Assembly (NCBI RefSeq): GCF_009914755.1 | Contig: NC_060947.1 | Direction: 5' to 3' (one strand) | DNA length: 64,000 bases | Origin: the human T2T-CHM13v2.0 reference genome, Homo sapiens | Shown here: in pieces, positions 16,264 to 35,934 of the stretch | How positions within the stretch are numbered: the stretch's first letter is position 1 | Layout of the letters: each line of letters opens with the position of its first letter | Made by a program: the position numbers and the translations under genes | The notes under the pieces: model-generated | Databases searched by the model: none | What the model saw: only the letters and a program-made list of their open reading frames with translations | Told to the model about the DNA's origin: nothing

Positions 16264-17617
16264 CAATTTCCCCCAACTCCCTGTTTCTACACTGGAAAAA
16301 GTAAGATTGAGGTGCACAATCAACTTCCCCACCATCTTGGGTTCCCAGGCAGGATGTTTCTGCTTTAACCCACTGGAAGCATTGCGAGTGCCTGAAGGGA
16401 AAAATATTCCTGAGGACAGGCAGTGACAAAGGCGGGAGGCAGGACTACCATCCCCAGACCTGAAAACTCATAAGCAGGAGACGCCAAATCAGAGTGGCTG
16501 CTCAGCAGCATGACGCCAAATCAGAGTGGCTGCTCAGCAGCACCATGCTATAGGAGGTTCATCCTACAGATCCCCTGGGCATGAACCACTAGACAGCCTT
16601 CCTAAAATGCTGGGATATCCCCTTTAGGACCTCCCCCATTTGGATTGGGCAGTGCGCCGATTGTTTACTAGAGCAGAGGTGAACTTGAGCTTAAAGCACC
16701 ACCTAGAGCTAAAAGGAGGCAGTGACCTAGCAGTAAACAACTTCTAAGCAAATATATCCAATTAAAAAAAAAAAAAGCCAGACAGAGAAGACTGGAATAA
16801 ATAACTCATCCTTCAATGCAAAGACATAGACATATAAACACCGGAAACAACAACAAACAGGGAACTATGACCTCTCCAAATGGACAAAGCAAAGAACCAG
16901 TAACTGACCCTAATGAGATGATGATATGTGACCTCTCTGACCAAGAATTCAAAATAGTAGCTTCAAGGAAACTCAGTGATCTCTAAGATAACAGAGAAAA
17001 GCAATTCAGAAACTTATCAGGGAAATTTAACAAAGAGATCGAAATAATTTAAAATAAAAATAAATCTTTGAACTGAGAAATACATTTGCTGAACTGAAAA
17101 AGGAATGGATTAGCAGTGCATACAACATGGATGGATCTCAAAATAATTTTTCTGTGTGATAAAGGTCAAACAAAAAAGAGTACCTGCTATATGATTCCAT
17201 TTCCATAAAACTCTAGAATATGCTTACTAATCAATAGCAGCAGAAAACAGATCAGTGGTTGCCTTGGAATGGAAGATGCAGGAGAGGATTACAAACACTC
17301 ATAAGTAATGAACAGAATGAGGGACATGGTCAAATAGCAGCTGCCTTGTGGGTTAAAAGAATGTGAAAATAACTTCAATCGAGTAAAAAGTTAGTACAGA
17401 AAGGGGAAGCAATTTTATAAATAAATGCTAGTCATTCTCAATTTCATAAATTATTTCTAAATGTATTTTGTTAGTAGCCTGTCTTATTTTTTGAAATTTG
17501 AGATTGTTTCATTTAAATTTAAAAGACAGGGAAATACACACACAGCCCATCTCAATGAGGAACGAGATTGCAATCATTGTGACCAGACATTACCAGATAA
17601 TGTATCATGCCTTGTAA

Positions 17618-17948
<331 letters not shown>

Positions 17949-18369
17949 AAAATGCTCTTTTAAAGTAATTCAGACAGGATTCTAGCTCCCAATAAATAAA
18001 AGGAACAATGGATTTTTCTTATATAACTTGGTCTTCTGCCTCTTGTAGAGAAAGTTTGCAAAGAAAATTAATTTCTGTGAAGGCAGGATGTGTTTGCTCT
18101 CAAATTCTCTAGAAGATCAACTAGAGCTCCTCTTCTTTATGCCCCCCTTCCCTATGACCCTCTTTCCATAATACAGACTACAAGGCTCTGCAACTGTCTG
18201 CCTTGGAGGAGCGGTAACTGGAAGGAGGAGAAAAAGACATTGAAATTAGGGGTACTTGAAGCTGCAAAATCTCCAAAGCTCCAGAAAAGACTGATGAGTA
18301 CTGTGATTTAGTTATTTCTAATGGGAGATTTGGCAAATACTTAGGGCAGGGCCTTGTCTCCTTTCCCAG

Positions 18370-18801
18370 TGATGTAGTTTGGATGTTTATCCTGGCCCAA
18401 ATCTCATGCTGAAATGTAATCTTCAGTGTAGGAGGTGGGGCCTGGTGAGAGGTGTTTGGATCATAGGGCAGATCCCTCAAGAATTGCTTGGGCCATCCCC
18501 TTGGTGATAAAATGGGCTCTTGCTCTGAGTTTACAGGGGATCTGGTCATTTAAAAGTCTGTGGCACTTTCCCCGGCTCTCTCTCTCTCTCTCGCTCCTGC
18601 TTTCACTATGCGAAATGTCTGCTCCTGCTTCACCTTCCAACATGAGTAAAAGCTCCCTGATGCCTCTCTAGAAACCAAGCAGATGCCAGCAGCATGCTTC
18701 CTGCAAAGCCTGCAGAACCATGAGCAAATTAAACCTCTTTTCATTATAAATTACTCAGTCTCAGGTATTTGTTTATAGCAATGCAAGAACAACCTAGTAC
18801 A
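18370..18801 (+). mobile_element. MST (MSTB-like) MaLR LTR
   Basis: TGATGTAGTTTGGATGTTT...CAAATCTCATG...CAGTCTCAGGTATTTGTTTATAGCAATGCAAGAAC...TACA. Confidence 0.85.
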
Positions 18802-18809
18802 CCACATTA

Positions 18810-19284
<475 letters not shown>

Positions 19285-19507
19285 CTATAACAGAGGATTG
19301 AAGAAATGAGAGACTGCCTAGTAAAAGGTAAGGAGAACACTACAGAATGTAAGAACAGCAGATATAGAAGTCGACACACCAGGTCCCAAAATAGAGTTGC
19401 CAAGGAAGATTACCTCACCCAGGGATGAGATCCAGACCTCGTCAGCAAGTCATGGTTATGACTCACTGACAGAGAAGTTGTGGTGTCTCACCAGCAGAAC
19501 TTGCTGG

Positions 19508-20323
<816 letters not shown>

Positions 20324-21833
20324 GCTAGAAACCCACCTTCTGTTAACTTGCTAGAAAAAAAAATCCATCATCAAGGATTCCCAGGAAGATGTTTACAGGG
20401 AGGTTTCTCATGAGAGGCACTCTGCTACAAAACCACCCAAGGTGGGGGCCAGGTGAAGCTGCTGGACACTACATGCTGCTGGCAGCTGTGCACTGTGGGG
20501 ACTGGGGACTGGAGAAACTGCCTACACTGGAGAAGCCCAGAGCCCTACAGGAGAGTGCCTGAGCAAGCATACCAGAGCATGAAATGAAATACTTTTCTCC
20601 TACAATGTCTCTCCAGCACCTTCTACTGACAAAGATGAACTTTGTGCAGCTGGCAAAAGAAGCATATTTAAAGGGCCCAGACCCATTTTCCCATAGCAGA
20701 CAAAAAGGGCGAATATGGACCTCAGAGTCAATGAATCAATAACTGGCACAGGAAGTGAGAAAAAAGCAGAGCGGAGTCAGTGAGCAAGATGATGTTCATG
20801 GGGAAAACCCTTGGAAGGCCTAAGAAATGCCTACATAGGACACCTCCTACATACACACAAGGTTCTTATGTATAGAAAGTAGGTGAGTGCTGGTCCTCCT
20901 CAGCCCTCCATCCATAAGCATTAGCTACTAGTTCTCTGCAGGTATGAAAAGTTAGTATTTGCTCTGGGTCTTGTGTGCACTGCTTTCAGAAAACTATGGT
21001 GGCCCTGGCAGAGAGAAGTATGCCCATCCCCCAGGGTCTTCAACTAGCATTGGCTGTATTTATAAGGTTAGTTACTAAAGGCCAAGGAGCACTTACCCAG
21101 AGATGGTGGCTTAAACAGACTAACAGTATACTCACTTCCCCGACTTTCCCTTCTCCAGCAGGGAACCAAAAAGAAAAGTAAGGATAATGTAAGAAACATT
21201 TATTAAGTATCCTTTATCACACACTATACTAGACACTTTTATATATATGTATATATTTCATATACATACATTTTACAGAAGAGGTATCTGAAAATTAGTG
21301 GACCAAGTAGCAGAACTATGACTTAAACTCTTAACTTCTAACTCAAATTCAGAGTTAATTCCATTAATCCAAGTGGAAGACTGGCTTCCCATATATATCA
21401 TCAAGACGACTTGTTGATCAGACAAAGTTGACTTTATTCTTATTGAAGTAAAAGAAAGAAACCATGACAGAATCTTGGGCAGGGAACGGAAAGTTAAGAT
21501 ATTTATGAGAGTTTGAAATCTGACTTAAGGCAGGCCTTTCAATTAAGGGTCTTATTATTGGGTAAGAATAATAGTTTAGGATTGGTAGAAAAGGCAAGAT
21601 GAGGATTTTAAGAAAAGGAATTCAAAATATCTGGGGTATAAATCGTTGTTTGATGCTTTCTATAGAAGAGTCAATATGTCTTTCGAAAATTTCCCAGAAT
21701 GAGCAACAGTTATTTGCAGTTATGATCTTCTTGGGCAAGAGTCTCTTAGGAGAGTCTCTTTCAGAGTACTGAAAGTCCTAGCTCCAGCAATCAGAGAAGA
21801 AAAAGAAATAAAGGGCATCCAATTGGAAAGCAA

Positions 21834-22182
<349 letters not shown>

Positions 22183-22529
22183 TCACATCAAGTTAAAAAG
22201 CTTCTGTGCTGCAAAGGAAACAATCAACAAAGTGAAGAGACAACCCACAGAATGGGAGAAAATATTTGCAAACTACTCATCTGACAAGGGATTAATAACC
22301 AGAATATATAAATAGCTCAAACAACTCTATTGGAAAAAATCTAATAATCCAATTTTAAAATGGGCAAAATATTTGAATAGACATTTCTCAAAAAAAGACA
22401 TACAAATGGCAGACAAGCATATGAAAAGGTGCTCAACATTTGGAGAAATGGAAAAATGCAAATCAAAACTACAATGAGATATCATCTCACCCCAGTTAAA
22501 ATGTCTTATATCCAAAAGACAGGCAATAA

Positions 22530-23075
<546 letters not shown>

Positions 23076-23747
23076 TCACAATGGCTAGAATTTGGAAGCA
23101 ACCTAAGTGTCCATCAACAGAGGAATGAATCAAGAAAGTATGGTACTTATACACAATGGAGTACTATTCAGCAATAAAAAAGAATGAGATCCTGTCATTT
23201 GCAACAACATGGATGGAACTGGAGGTCATTCTGCTAAGTGAAATAAACCCAGCAAAGAAAGATAAACATTGCAGGTTCTCACTTATTTGTAGGATCTCAA
23301 TATCAAAACAATAAAATTTACGGACATAGAGAATGGAAGGATGGTTACCAGAGGCTGGAGAGGATAGTGGTGGGTGGTGGGGGCAAGTTACCAATGGTTA
23401 ATGAGTACACAGAAAATAGAAACAGCGAATAAAACCTAGTATTTGATAGCACAACAAGGTGCCTGTAGTCAATAATAATTTAATTGTACATTTTAAAATC
23501 ACTAAAAGAGTCCAATTGGATTGTTTGTAACACAAGGAATAAATAAATGCTTGAATGGATGGATACCTCATTTTCCATGATGTGATTATTATGCATTGCA
23601 TGCCTGTAACAAAATATCTCATGTACCTCATAAATATATATATATATCTATATATACCTACTATGTACCCACCAAAATTCAAATAAAATATTTTTAAAAA
23701 ATAAAAAATTTAAAAACATTTTAAAATTTTAAAAATAAAGACAATGA

Positions 23748-24088
<341 letters not shown>

Positions 24089-24289
24089 TTAATGATTGTA
24101 AATAGTGAGCTCTGTGGGCGTAGATGGTTTTGGTTGTCATCCATAAGGCCTTTTTCTTCTTGATGATCATAAAAATTCAAGCATCGTATGTGGCAAAGTA
24201 TTCTGTACGTGAAATGATCATTAACCGATTTCAATATTAAGACCACTGTAAGCATACTAACTCCTATATGGAAGTAGTAGAACTTCCTA

Positions 24290-24485
24290 TGTGCTCTACA
24301 TATACCAGCTCATTTAACCATCATACAACTCTATGTGGTAGGTACTATTTTCATCCACATTTTATAGATAGTGAATTTACACATGGAAAGGTTGAGTAAC
24401 TTGCTCTAGGTAAAATGCAGTAGGCAACCGAGCTGGAATTTGAATCCAGGCAGTCTGATTCCAGAGTGCTTGCTCAGGACCAATA
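24290..24485 (-). mobile_element. MIR
   Basis: CATTTAACCATCATACAACTCTATGTGGTAGGTACTATT...GGAATTTGAATCCAGGCAGTCTGATTCCAGAG. Confidence 0.75.
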
Positions 24486-25336
24486 TACTAATTGTTCCAT
24501 GTTAGGGTTTTTCAGCTACCTTTTCCTCAATTCAAGTGCAATTCCAATAATTCAGTTCAGCAAGGTGATTTGCCCAAGGTCATTCAGTTAATAAGTTATG
24601 GCCTTAGAACTAAGTTTTCAGGCTACTTCACCTAAGTAATGTTTTCCCTGCCCTTCTCTCGGTCTTCCATAACTAACTCTTCAATTTCCAAAGAACTATT
24701 AGCAAGTCCATTAAATATTGCCCAACAAAGACAAAATACACACAAAAAACTAGTTCTTTATTAACCTAAGCTGGAGGTCTCTGCAAGTTAGAGCACTGAC
24801 TGAACTTTGATTCCTGCTATAAAATACGAAGTGAGAAAGATGCAAAATTTTCATGTTCTCACAGTTTTGAAGTGGCTTTGCTAAACAACCTTCATTAGGA
24901 AGCAACTAAGAGTAATAATCCCTTACTTAAAACAAATGTTTAACTCTTATAATAGAAATGTAAACACAGCAATGATTTGTGATTTCTCAATATGTTCTTC
25001 TTCACTAAAGGGCATTTGATCTGTAGTCAGGATAAATGTACTACAAACTTAAAACTTCCAAAAATAAGGACACAGAGCAGAGAAGAAAGATAAGCTATGA
25101 AATAAACCTTATTTGGATAAGAGAAAATAAAGCATGGCACCATTAAATTTCTAATACTAAAGTTTTCTTTCCATTAACTCAGGAAATACAGCTTTATAAA
25201 GGTCATTGGGATTGGCCTTCTTTGGATTTTAAAAGAATAATAACACCTGTCTTTCAGTTGCTGTGCCCATTTTTGTGAATTCTGAAGTTGATGGGCAAGT
25301 TGGTTTTCAACTCTGAGCAAAGGAAAAGATAGGTGT

Positions 25337-25932
25337 TGTAGGGTCTCAGAAAATGATACCCCAAAATGAAGGTCTCAGAAGCAGTTATTTCTGACTTTCT
25401 CCTGCCCTCTTATCGCTGGCCTCTCATTCTCCCCCAGGGCTAGCTACAGAAACTAGAATCCCTCTTCCCCAAAATAAGTCAGAAGCCAGAACCCCTTTCT
25501 CCCAAAGCCAGCCATAAAACCTAAAATTATTACTCTAACTTTCTCCCTGCCTTTCTGTGTAGAAACTGGCCATGAAGACAAACGATCTAATCTACCTTGT
25601 TTCACTGTCATGAGACCCCCCCACTCCAGACAGGGACCTGCCCCATACCCAGAAGGAAGGAGTGCATGCTCAGAGGCCAAGAAGAATTTAGACAGACAGG
25701 CCTTACTTGGTTTCCCCACATTTTTTGTCCGATCATATTTCTACACAGCTATCTGTGCTTTGTTGAACCTTAGCAGGAAAATGGACAGTTTCTCCTATAT
25801 CTTTGAGTTTTCATTGTGAATGCTCTCACGTTTGTGTAAAATTATGATCAAATAAATTTGTGTCTGTCTTTTGTCGGTGATTTTCAGCAAACCTTCAGAG
25901 GGTGAAGGGAATGTTTTCCCTTGGTCCCTACA
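25337..25932 (+). mobile_element. MER39-family (ERV1) solo LTR
   Basis: TG...CA termini, CAGAAAATGATACCCCAAAATG, 4-bp TSD GTGT. Confidence 0.8.
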
Positions 25933-27430
25933 GTGTGCAACTTATAGACAATTGCCAATGAAGATATTGCCTTTCTTTGTTGTGCATTTCACAACCAGAT
26001 TATGTAACTTTTTCACGGTATGTCATCATCAGCAGCAACGTATTTAAATAACATGCTAAGTACACAAGGATACTTGGCTTTTTACTTAGTGTGATTTGAA
26101 GTGGACTTTGTTGCTTCCTGTCTTTCCTCTTAGTGGGTAGAATGAAAGGAGAAGAGAGAAAGAGGTAGGGGGTGACAGGAATGTTCTTATAGGCCTGCTT
26201 GGAGAAAGGCATGAACGTGCTCCCTATTCATCCCCCCAACCCAACACCCACGCCCACATTACATAAGCAGCTCCATTCAGATGAAAGAAGCTCATTATAT
26301 TGCCTTGAAAATGACACAATAATTGTGTGTCTCTCAGCTGCCTTTCCCTGTATTTACATCCCCAAAGCCGTGCAAAGTTTCCACTCCTAATCCAACCCCA
26401 AACCCTCCTCACCCTGCACTCATTCTTTTGATACCATTTCCTTAAGAACCAACCATTGTGGAGGTTGTCACCTAGGTCGAAACCAGGTTAAAAAAATATT
26501 ATACTGAAGAAAAAACACTTCTCAAGCAGCAAGCAAATATTTGCTGAGAGCCTATTATGAGGCCATACCTTTACTTAATGCCAGGTAGACCAAATACAGG
26601 AAGTGCTCTCCTAAACAAGAGACTAACCCTGCCCTTTGACAACGAGGGATTCTCCTACGTGAACAGCCACCTCAGCCTTAAGTTTTGACCATCCCTCCAA
26701 GATACAACAAGCCAGAATTTTGTCTCTACCTTAAAGAGTAAAATTTCTGGACTTAGAAGTTCGAAGATTTGCACTTAAGTTCGGGCTCAGTTCCCTAATA
26801 ACACATATCAACTCTCTATGTAGGTCACTCTTGTTCATTAGTAATCTCCTTCATTTTGATTCATATTAGCTTCACTTCGGATGATAATTTTTTTTCTGAT
26901 GTTCTCAAATTCTGGGTTGGATACTACTAATGCCATGAAATCAGGAGGGAAGATTAAGTTTAGGAGACAAATATATAATTGGTCATGAAAATGCGCATTT
27001 GAGACCTTAGAAAAGAATTGATATTCCTGAACAGTATGATTTTATGTAATTATAGAAGCAATTCTTCTATTATCCTCAAATTAGCTTCTATTACTAAATT
27101 TTGCATAGGGTTTCTATGCAAATTGAATTATAAATTATAAGCCAAATTGTATTCTCGTTTCTTTTTCCATGTAAACTGCCAGAGTCAGTTTTGTGTGTGT
27201 GTATCTGTGTGACACGCACACAGTAAGTGTTGCTAACTCAAACTTTTTGTCAATGAAGAGTTGATGAGGAGAAATGTGTTATAGCAGGGGATCTGAGGGA
27301 TGGTAAAACTTTCTCAGGAGGCGTGCCAAGAACAGAGTACTTGGTCTGCATCAGAAGAAGACCCCTCTCTATCTGCAAAGGCTATAGTTGTATCAGTAAA
27401 TGAAGGACTCTGTAAAAGAGCAAAAGCACT

Positions 27431-27748
<318 letters not shown>

Positions 27749-28195
27749 AAAAGAGCAAAAGCACTGATGCAGAAGCAGGGGCAGCAGACACACCTCAAAA
27801 TAAAGAAGGGAAAGACGTAAAGGAATTAAGCAGTTAGGAATCTTATTGCTTCTCAGGTTTAATTCAGGTACTAAACTAACATAGCAAGTTTTCCTTCAGG
27901 TTGCAGTAAACTGAAGTACTGTCAAGGGGGTATTATAAAGAAGCCACATCTGTCCTCTCCAGATAAATTACTAGCATTCCAGCTCCTCTGGAATTGGGAA
28001 CATCCCTGTATAGTCCCAGAAGTGGCCACTGTTCTCAGGTCCTGGGATAGGCAAAATAGTGATACCCCCAAAATGTCCATGCTCGAATCCCTGGAATCTG
28101 TGAATATGTATCCTTCCATGGCAACAGGGAATTAAGGCTGCAAGTTGAGTTAAGGTTGCTAATCAGATGACCTTACGATAGGAAAATTATCCTGA

Positions 28196-29096
<901 letters not shown>

Positions 29097-30001
29097 AGGA
29101 AAATTATCCTGAATTACCTTGTGGGCCCAATGTAATTACAAGGTCCTCCTCAAAAGTGCAAGAAGGAGAGTGTCAGAATGATATCATGTGAAAAAGACTA
29201 GACTATCCATTATTGACTTTGAAAATGGCCTGAACCAAGGAATGAATGCAGATACCTCTTCAGAAGAGGAAGAGGCAAGAAAACGAATTATCCCTTAGAG
29301 CTTCCAGAAAGGAATGCAGCCTTGCCAACACCTTGATTTTAGCTCAGTGAGATCCATTTTGGACTTCTGACCTCAGACCTGTAAGATAATAAATGCGTGT
29401 TGTGTTAATCCACTAAATTGGTGGCAACTTGTTACAGCAGCTATAGGAAACTAAACAGGCCTTATATGACCTCTTAGTGATATTTTAATTTTTTTTTACT
29501 TCATTAGATTTTTGTAAGTTGCTCATTATGCATAAAGGAAATGTAGTTTTCTGTTCTTCCTCATCTGAAGTTATAACAGTTATTCTTCCCCAGGTTGTTT
29601 TTAATGAAAAATTTTACTTTGCAACTTGCTTTCTTCACTTACTATTCCACAGACATTTTCCAGGTCAATTCACAAGGATATAACTCAATATAAAAGTTAA
29701 AATACTTATTCTTTTTAGCAAAGAAATACAAAGAAGAAGATATACAGAGAAGTCTGAAGTTGAACGCAGAAACAAAGGGAAAACAAAAAACAAAAACAAA
29801 CAATTGGCCCATGAGTCCACAGCCCACATAAACTCTGTTGGCAATTTTTAAATATCAGTAATACATATTACTGGGCAGAAAATCCATACTGTACATATTG
29901 ATACAAAATTTTAAGTAGAAGCTTTCCTCTTTTCCTTCCTCCACATTCCTCTCTCCAACGATAACTGTTCAAAGTTATTTATGTTTCCTTCTAGAATTCT
30001 T

Positions 30002-30026
30002 ACACACACACACACACACACACACA
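30002..30026. repeat. (CA)n microsatellite
   Basis: About 12 AC units. Confidence 0.95.
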
Positions 30027-30027
30027 G

Positions 30028-30340
30028 ATGTGCGATGGTTTGAACGTTTGTCTCTCCAAAGCTCATGTTGAAATTTTATTGCCATTGTAATGATATTAAG
30101 AGATGGGTTCTTTAAGAAGTGATTAGGCCATGAGGGCTCTACCTTCATGGGTGGGATTGATGTCATTATAAAGATTGAGTTCAGGCTGCGCTCAGTGGCT
30201 CATACCTGTAATCTCATCACTTTGGGAGGCCGAGGCGGGTGGATCACTTGAGGTCAGGAGTTCGAGAACAGACTGGACAACATGGTAAAACTCCGTCTCT
30301 ACTACAAATACAAAAATTAGCCAGGCGTCCTGGCACATGG
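30028..30340 (+). mobile_element. MST-type LTR 5' fragment followed by a truncated Alu left arm (30184-30340)
   Basis: TGCGATGGTTTGAACGTTTGTCTCTCCAAAGCTCATGTTGAAAT, then an Alu left monomer. Confidence 0.7.
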
Positions 30341-30708
30341 CCTTACCATGGACATTTTTATTACTTTAGTTATCAAGAAATTATCTCACTTCCAAAAATG
30401 ATCTAAGATCGATGATTCCATTTTTTTCTAGCTTTGTTTTTAGATGGCTTTTTAAATAGTTAACACTTTAACTAACTTGAAATACATTTTGGATGTAATA
30501 AAAATATTGTTGTAAATTTATTTTTCTCCATATTCATATCTATGTTCCTTAATACATTTATTAGTGATTCATTTTTATTACTTAATGTCTGATTTGCCAT
30601 ATACTGATATATCTTAAAATGTTTTTAGAGCACTTTTTGTACCTATTCGACTTCATCATTCTATTTTCTCTACTTAGGATAGTACCAAAAAATCATGAGG
30701 ATTTTTAA

Positions 30709-31043
<335 letters not shown>

Positions 31044-31336
31044 TTGGCAGAGTAAATCTTACACTATCTTTTTTTCTAAAGATATAGCTTGGAATTATAA
31101 TTTTTCTTAGAAAGTTTACTACAGATACTCAAGTGCTGTGAAGTACTTGAGAATTTAATTGGTAATGTATTGAATCTATAAATTAACTTGTGAAATATCT
31201 CTTTATCATATTGTCTTCCCAAAGAAGAACACGTGTGTTACTTCTTGTGTTTAGAGTTATTTCTGCTCTTACAGTTGCCGAATCCTTCTTTACAAGTCAT
31301 AGATGTCTCTCATTAGATTAGTACCTAAATAGGTAA

Positions 31337-31677
<341 letters not shown>

Positions 31678-31930
31678 TAATGGGTCCAGAATTTGCTTTG
31701 ACCATATCATGACCTAACATTTTATTTTTTACACAGCACCTTCCCAACCACTGTCTCATTTGAGACCACCCTGTGAGAAAAGTTAAGCTCCAGGCATGTG
31801 ACTTCAGAGATAAAAACATGTAAAAAGTTAGCCCAAGGTCACTCAGCCAATGACTGCTGGAAATGAGTCTCAAGTCCCTAACCTAGAACCCTTTCCACTT
31901 TCTTTAATGGGTTGCACAAGAAAACATTGA

Positions 31931-32717
31931 TTTGCAGTTCTCGAATAATCAGTGATGTTGAGCTTTTTTTCATATGTTTGTTGGCCACATATTGGTGATT
32001 GTTAAAAAGTAAAGAAACAACAGATGCTGGCGAGGCTGTGGAGAAATAGAAACACTTTTAAACTGTTGGTGGGACTGTGTAAATTCCCACCAACAGTTTA
32101 AAAGACTGTGGAAGACAGTGTGGTGATTCCTCAAAGACCTAGAACTAGAAATACCATTTGACCCAGCAATCCCATTGCTGGGTACATATCCAAAGGAATA
32201 TAAATTATTCTATTATAAAGATACATGCATGCGTATTTCACTGCAGCCCTATTCACAATAGCAAAGACATGGAATCAACCCAAGTGCCTATCAATAAATA
32301 GACTGGGTAAAGAAAATGTGGTACATATACACCATGGAATACTATGCAGCCATGAAAAGGAACAAGATCACGTCCTTTGCAGGGACATGGATGGAGCTGG
32401 AAGCCGTTATCCTCAGCAAACTAACGCAGGAATAGAAAACCAAATACCGCATGTTCTCACTCATAAGTGGGAGTTGAACAATGAGAACACATGGACACAG
32501 GGAGGGGAGCAACACACACTGGTGCCTATCGGGGCTGGGGGGTGTGTATGGGGAGGGAAAGCATCAGGAAAAAATAGCTAATTCATGCTAGGCTTAATAT
32601 CTAGGTGATGGGTTGATAGGTACAGAAACCACCTTGGCACATGTTTACCTATGTAACAAACCTGCACATCCTGCACTCACATTATGGAACTTAAAATAAA
32701 ACAAAATTTTTTAAAGA
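31931..32717 (+). mobile_element. 5'-truncated, 5'-inverted L1PA (about PA10-13)
   Basis: Inverted segment 31931-31991, then sense ORF2 end and 3' UTR. TSD AAGAAAACATTGA (31918-31930, 32718-32730). Confidence 0.88.
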
Positions 32718-32889
32718 AAGAAAACATTGAAATGTCAAGTTTTTTCTTTGTTATTATATTTTCTTACTATCAGTTCCTTCAGATCAATAAAAGTTCATAG
32801 TCACATGATACAGGAGAAAGCCCAAAATCCTGGCATAGGTTATTTATTACTCTTGTGCTAATGAACAAGGCTTAAACTTTCTGAGCTTT

Positions 32890-33197
<308 letters not shown>

Positions 33198-33331
33198 TAG
33201 TTTTCTTATGTGCAAAACCAGAATACCACCTGTCATGTCTACTTTGCAAGGTTTCAAAGATAAAACGACATCAGGTATATGGAAATCCCCAAAAAACGTT
33301 ACTGAGAAAAGTCGCCAAATTTCTCTTAGTC

Positions 33332-33458
33332 TTTTTTTTTCCTTTTTTTAATACAGACGGGGGTCTCACTATGTTACCCAAGCTGGCCTTGAATTCCTAG
33401 TGATCCTCCAGACTCAGTCTCCCAAGTAGCTGGAACTACAGATGCGCACCACCAGCTA
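33332..33458 (-). mobile_element. FLAM monomer, antisense
   Basis: GGGTCTCACTATGTTACCCAAGCTGG, monomer length. Confidence 0.7.
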
Positions 33459-33467
33459 CTTAGTCTA

Positions 33468-33766
33468 TTTTTTTTTTTTTTTTGAGACGGAGTCTCGCTC
33501 TGTCGCCCAGGCTGGAGTGTGCAGTGGCACCATCTCGGCTCACTGCAAGCTCTGCCTCCCGGGTTCACGCCATTCTCCTGCCTCAGCCTCCTGAGTAGCT
33601 GGGACTACAGGCGCCTGCCACCACACCCGGCTAATTTTTTGTATTTTTAGTAGAGACCGGGTTTCACCGTGTTAGCCAGGATGGTCTCGATCTCCTGACC
33701 TCGTGATCCGCCCGCCTTGGCCTCCCAAAGTGCTGGGATTATAGGCATGAGCCTCCGCACCCAGCC
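33468..33766 (-). mobile_element. AluY, antisense
   Basis: TSD TAGTCTATTTTT. Confidence 0.9.
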
Positions 33767-33868
33767 TAGTCTATTTTTTAATGTAGAAAATGAGGAGTTA
33801 TCTCTAAGGGTTCTTCCAACACAATTAGTCTATCAAGGCTGCTAATTACGGGAGCTATTTTCATTTAA

Positions 33869-34404
<536 letters not shown>

Positions 34405-34427
34405 GACATGCCTTTTAAAAAAAAATA

Positions 34428-34762
<335 letters not shown>

Positions 34763-35636
34763 TTAGAATTTCAATCAGGTGATTTGTGCAACTCCAGTTC
34801 TTTGTATTTACTTGCTATGTTATGACATTTTTGTTGGTTACCATCACTGCATCCACATTAGTTCTTTAAGTAGGTTAGACGTCATCCTGAACCTCCCCAC
34901 CTTGATTACCTATGTGAATGACAGTGTCGACCATTGAAAGCAGAGAAGAGTTCATAGGAAGGTATCGAGGCACTCTGATCTAACTACTAAACATTGGATT
35001 CTGCATACTTTATTAAGTAGAGTTTGCCTTTGGGTAAAAACTGTAAAGGTCATATCATTTTTCCTCTGGCTCCTAACTTTTCTCCTGCAGCCTCTGCTTG
35101 ACCTTTTGCCCAGTTCTCTCCTATTAGGGGGAACCAGATCTGAGAGGCAGAATGTAGAGAAAAGGGCACTGCTTTGGCATTAGAAAACCTATGTTGTCAT
35201 CTTTACTCTGCCACCCTGATTTTGATTTACTCCAACTTAATCATTTAAACTTTGAGCCTTGGTTTCCTCATTTATAAATTGGGGTCAATGATGGTTAATT
35301 GAAGGTTGCTGAAAGACATAAACAGGAAAGTATTTATATAATTTATACATTTAGATTATTCATTTATCGAGATTTAAGCATAATATTTAATGTATTGCTC
35401 CTTACAGCAGTTTGTAAGTAACTCCAGGGCCCTTGCATGTGCTGCTGGTTGTGCTGGAATGACTTCTGTCCTTTACCTTTAGGATTCTGACTCTAAAAGA
35501 CTGGTTAGAGTTTCCTCCTTTGTGATTCCCATAGCACTTATGCTTCCTTCTGTTTGGTCTTTACCACATGTTACAATTCCTATTTACCTGTCTACATCTC
35601 CCTCTAGAGCAACTGGAGTCTTCAAGAGCAGAAACT

Positions 35637-35934
35637 AGCCTGGCATGGTGGCTCGTGCCTGTAATCTTAGCACTTCGAGAGGCCTAGGTGGAAGGATTGC
35701 TTGAGCCCAGGAGTTCGTGACCAGCCTGGGCAACATAGTAAGACCCCCGTCTCTACAAAAATACAAAAATTAGCTGGATCTGGTGGCTCATGCCTGTAGG
35801 CCCAGCTACACAAGGGGCTAAAGTGGAAGGATTGCTTGAGCCTAGGAGGTCTGCATTGAGCCGCGATCATGCCATTGCACTCCAGTCTGGGTGACAGAGT
35901 GAGAGCCTGTCTCCAAAAGCAAAAAACAAAAAAG
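35637..35934 (+). mobile_element. AluJ
   Basis: GAGCCCAGGAGTTCG...GGGCAACATAG. Confidence 0.88.
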
